DNA from: a virus
Direction: 5' to 3' (one strand)
Virus record (IMG/VR): IMGVR_UViG_3300040856_003054
Coordinates: 64,001 to 128,000 of that record
DNA length: 64,000 bases
Shown here: piece after piece, positions 63,401-64,000 of the stretch
Position numbering within the stretch: the first letter of the stretch is position 1
Layout of the letters: each line of letters starts with the position of its first letter
Position numbers and translations under genes: made by a program
Notes under the pieces: generated by a model
Databases searched by the model: none
What the model was told of the DNA's origin: nothing
What the model saw: only the letters and a program-made list of their open reading frames with translations

Positions 63401-64000
63401 GGATACTCAGTTGGAGATTTACTTACAATTTCCACGATAGGAATATCATCTGTTGGTAAAAACCTAAGATTGAGTGTTTCTGAAATAAGTGGAATAAATG
63501 AACTAATAGTTGATGATGTTCAAGGTGAATTTATTGTTGGTGCGGGGTATTCACTAACTTATATCAACAATTCTGGTGTAACTACAGAAATGAATGGTTC
63601 TTATGGTGGTAACGTTATAATAACACAACCAGTCGAAGAAATTTTTGATGGACTTCACTTTAAAGTCAATCAAAGAAACCATGGTATGCACTCTGATGTT
63701 AATAAAGTAACTATTCTTAGAGCAAAATCTGATATTTCTCCAACCACACTTTCTGTAAATTATTCTGCTTCTTCAACATCTGAGATTTCTGTTGCTAGCA
63801 CAGCAAACTTCGCAACATTTGAGAAAGTTAGTGTTGCATCTACAAATCCAGGATATTTGTTGATCGGAGATGAAATTATAAGTTACACAGGAGTTTCTAA
63901 TACAAATACTCTAACGGGTATTACCAGAGGAATTAATGGAACAAATACATATCCATATTCAAGTGGTTCTTTAGTTTACAAATATGAACTCAATGACGTT
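57473..64000 (+). CDS. large virion structural protein, VrlC/DUF4815-like (3'-truncated by the window, >2170 aa)
   Basis: Open at the window end so missing from the ORF track; NLNV.PYFDD, YKVLFKPG.PVQARELT.LQSILQNQ, APGADRLK, RI.NLEYYTSL, DPLAQSF, GSLFKSQN..TW. Confidence 0.9.
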   Translation, partial: MSQETNLNVAPYFDDYNEPVIGGKDNNYYKVLFKPGYPVQARELTTLQSILQNQVEQFGNHFFKEGAKVIPGNLTYIQNYYAVQVESNFLGIPVSLYLDNLVGTQIRGENSGVVAIIRKVITSEESERGNITLYVDYYQSNQNNLSTRDFEDGENLITDSNIAFGNTFISAGEGFARTIATNSTAIGSAFALGAGVYFIRGYLVDVADETLILDQYTNTPSYRVGFDVIEEIISADVDPNLNDNANGFNNFAAPGADRLKITAQLSKKPIDSFDYPNFIELANVKDGVLRKINKNTEYNLLADEFARRTFDESGHYYIKAFNTYCRESLNDGKGNNGIYLENQLTSSGTLPSEDSLVYKISPGKAYVRGYEVETIAPIFLDAPKTRTTKLLENQSVNFSFGFSLNLNRVSGSPSIGINTSSTISLRNERVGLSSYTPAGKEIGIARVYDFALESGGYELENQNINRWDISLFDVQTYGDLTLNQPITLNTPTYIRGDSSGATAFLKNNVSVGTALTVYQISGNFINGEKLVFDSTNDTRVSIGFTNYGISEVKSLYANVGASKTFSADTLQSVSALVGNGNATITGFSAGVATVTSPTVAFPGIVTTGNLIQYTRPGFTVKSFAKVDEVLTNSIIVSGITTVTGVCDGGLPASSTTVNDLSVLYTRLPGTQNDEKLFSTLPKSNVNSVDLTGSTIIIRKEFSTSIVDNSTSPITADSNEVFLPFDEERYVLTRSDGTIEVLTEDRFQYFNGSNEIVINGLGSNDANCKLIATLRKSSITSKVKRKARIESLVVNKSKYDYSGTGSTSKNDGLVFGDYPFGTRVQDEKICLNVPDVIKIHAIYESTNTSDPVLPSITVGSLDGPSSTTSDLIIGEEFVGTISGARALLAERLDSSKVSFVYLNESVFSDGEVVEFLESSVNGISFALNQGSKNITSNYNFNNGQKLTHYDYSYILRKQNVKEPLRKLRIIYSQAFYDSSDSGDITTASSYDSFDYGKEVQLVDIFRNTDMLDARPRVSNYAVAEGIRSPFEFEGRSFTGGNHSSDHVLASDESETIAFTYYLPRIDRIYLTRDGSFQLKLGEPSDNPKLPEEVSNGLNIANIALPPYLYNVRDVEITFVDHKRYQMSDIFRLENRIKNLEYYTSLSLLENNTANLFISDSVGFNRFKSGFLIDNFSSVGVQDNSIGVKNSVDLENGQLRPSHYTTSLNLEIGSDAITGIGTTTNANQDRKYLNNILGTNIKRTGDVISLDYDDTVWLEQPFATRVENVTPYLVKTWEGTIQLEPTVDVWIDVNLLEIRDVRVEGSFQGVAEALRAEIQDTADGSRLGVSPIIWNSWETNNIRQNLGMTLTASMDTTQNSFQTGARTKEGTPIVQTDTTSTLNIGGSVSLTTNLDQRRTGVQHTVREQINTESLGDRVISRNIIQFMRSRNIEFTARRMKPNTQLYTFFDGVDVSSFCTPKLLEIEMTSGTFLIGEGVFAESGVFQTVEGVDPNSLPYIEFRLATPNHKYGPYNNPTDFYDENPYDRGNTLPATYSSTTTVLNIDTFSLANERQPLFWGNARPGMILRGITSRATAVVKSVRLVTDRLGTLQGSFFIPDGNVSNNPIFETGRSVFRLTNSSTNSRIEGISTTSAEEIFYSQGDIDNTQQVTLSLRNARVEHEDFEETRTLSVSTTATANATAQTTESRQQRHLDPLAQSFYVDDETGIFVTKLDVFFRTKDSTLPVYCQLREVEIGIPTKKIIPFSEIELAPDKVNISNDASVPTSFEFESPIYLNGQTEYAFVLLSDSTEYTAWISRLGEADVTSAANESGQVLVSAQPLLGSLFKSQNASTWDASQYEDLKFILHRASFISNGSVQFFNPTLPTNGVDVLRNNPFDIDSKTIRIGIGTTVNDSDLSNGNTIIQLQSNATGTLIGLAGTISSLNITNSGIGYTPSAGQTTFNNLTLSNISGTGKNGTADVTISNGIAIAATVSDGGYGYSVGDLLTISTIGISSVGKNLRLSVSEISGINELIVDDVQGEFIVGAGYSLTYINNSGVTTEMNGSYGGNVIITQPVEEIFDGLHFKVNQRNHGMHSDVNKVTILRAKSDISPTTLSVNYSASSTSEISVASTANFATFEKVSVASTNPGYLLIGDEIISYTGVSNTNTLTGITRGINGTNTYPYSSGSLVYKYELNDV

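Larger units (their letters stand above)
1..64000 (+). other. T4-like cyanomyovirus genome segment (early/accessory region followed by baseplate module)
   Basis: gp25-gp6-gp7-gp8-VrlC-like gene order typical of cyanomyoviruses; repeated TATAAATA late promoters; dense small ORFs on one strand; AT-rich. Confidence 0.93.

Noticed and set aside
57467-64000. Apparent coding gap in the ORF track and short ORFs at 60966-62792
   Set aside because: One long + strand gene from 57473 is open at the window end; the short ORFs are shadows
1-64000. tRNA/rRNA genes or stop-codon recoding
   Set aside because: No cloverleaf or T-loop signature noticed by eye (tRNAscan not run); long genes are intact under the standard code

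Overview
A 64-kb piece of a T4-like cyanomyovirus genome (Kyanoviridae-like, probably freshwater). Essentially all credible genes are on the + strand. Bases 1-~39,000 are an accessory/early region of many small hypothetical genes. About 23 sigma70-type promoters there carry a 22-bp palindrome (GTGNCA-N10-TGNCAC) 29-31 nt upstream of the -10 box. Inserted among these units are T4-late-promoter (TATAAATA) modules: six free-standing homing endonucleases (4 GIY-YIG type, 2 HNH type), a GC-rich fibre/lectin-like island, a putative PD-(D/E)xK protein and two charged KTFxEF proteins. The region also holds an SF2 helicase and a nuclease-helicase / degenerate MTase / Dam-family MTase operon. From ~39,400 come a glycosyltransferase-like gene, an ATP-grasp-like gene and the baseplate module (gp25, gp6, a 4026-aa gp7-like protein, gp8). 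A VrlC/DUF4815-like structural gene then runs off the end. The most striking unexplained structure is a small-RNA-like cassette upstream of every homing endonuclease: late promoter, stem-loop with a variable segment, terminator, second late promoter. In each copy the variable segment is complementary to, and co-varies with, the 5' leader of its own endonuclease mRNA. All calls come from reading motifs by eye; no searches were run.
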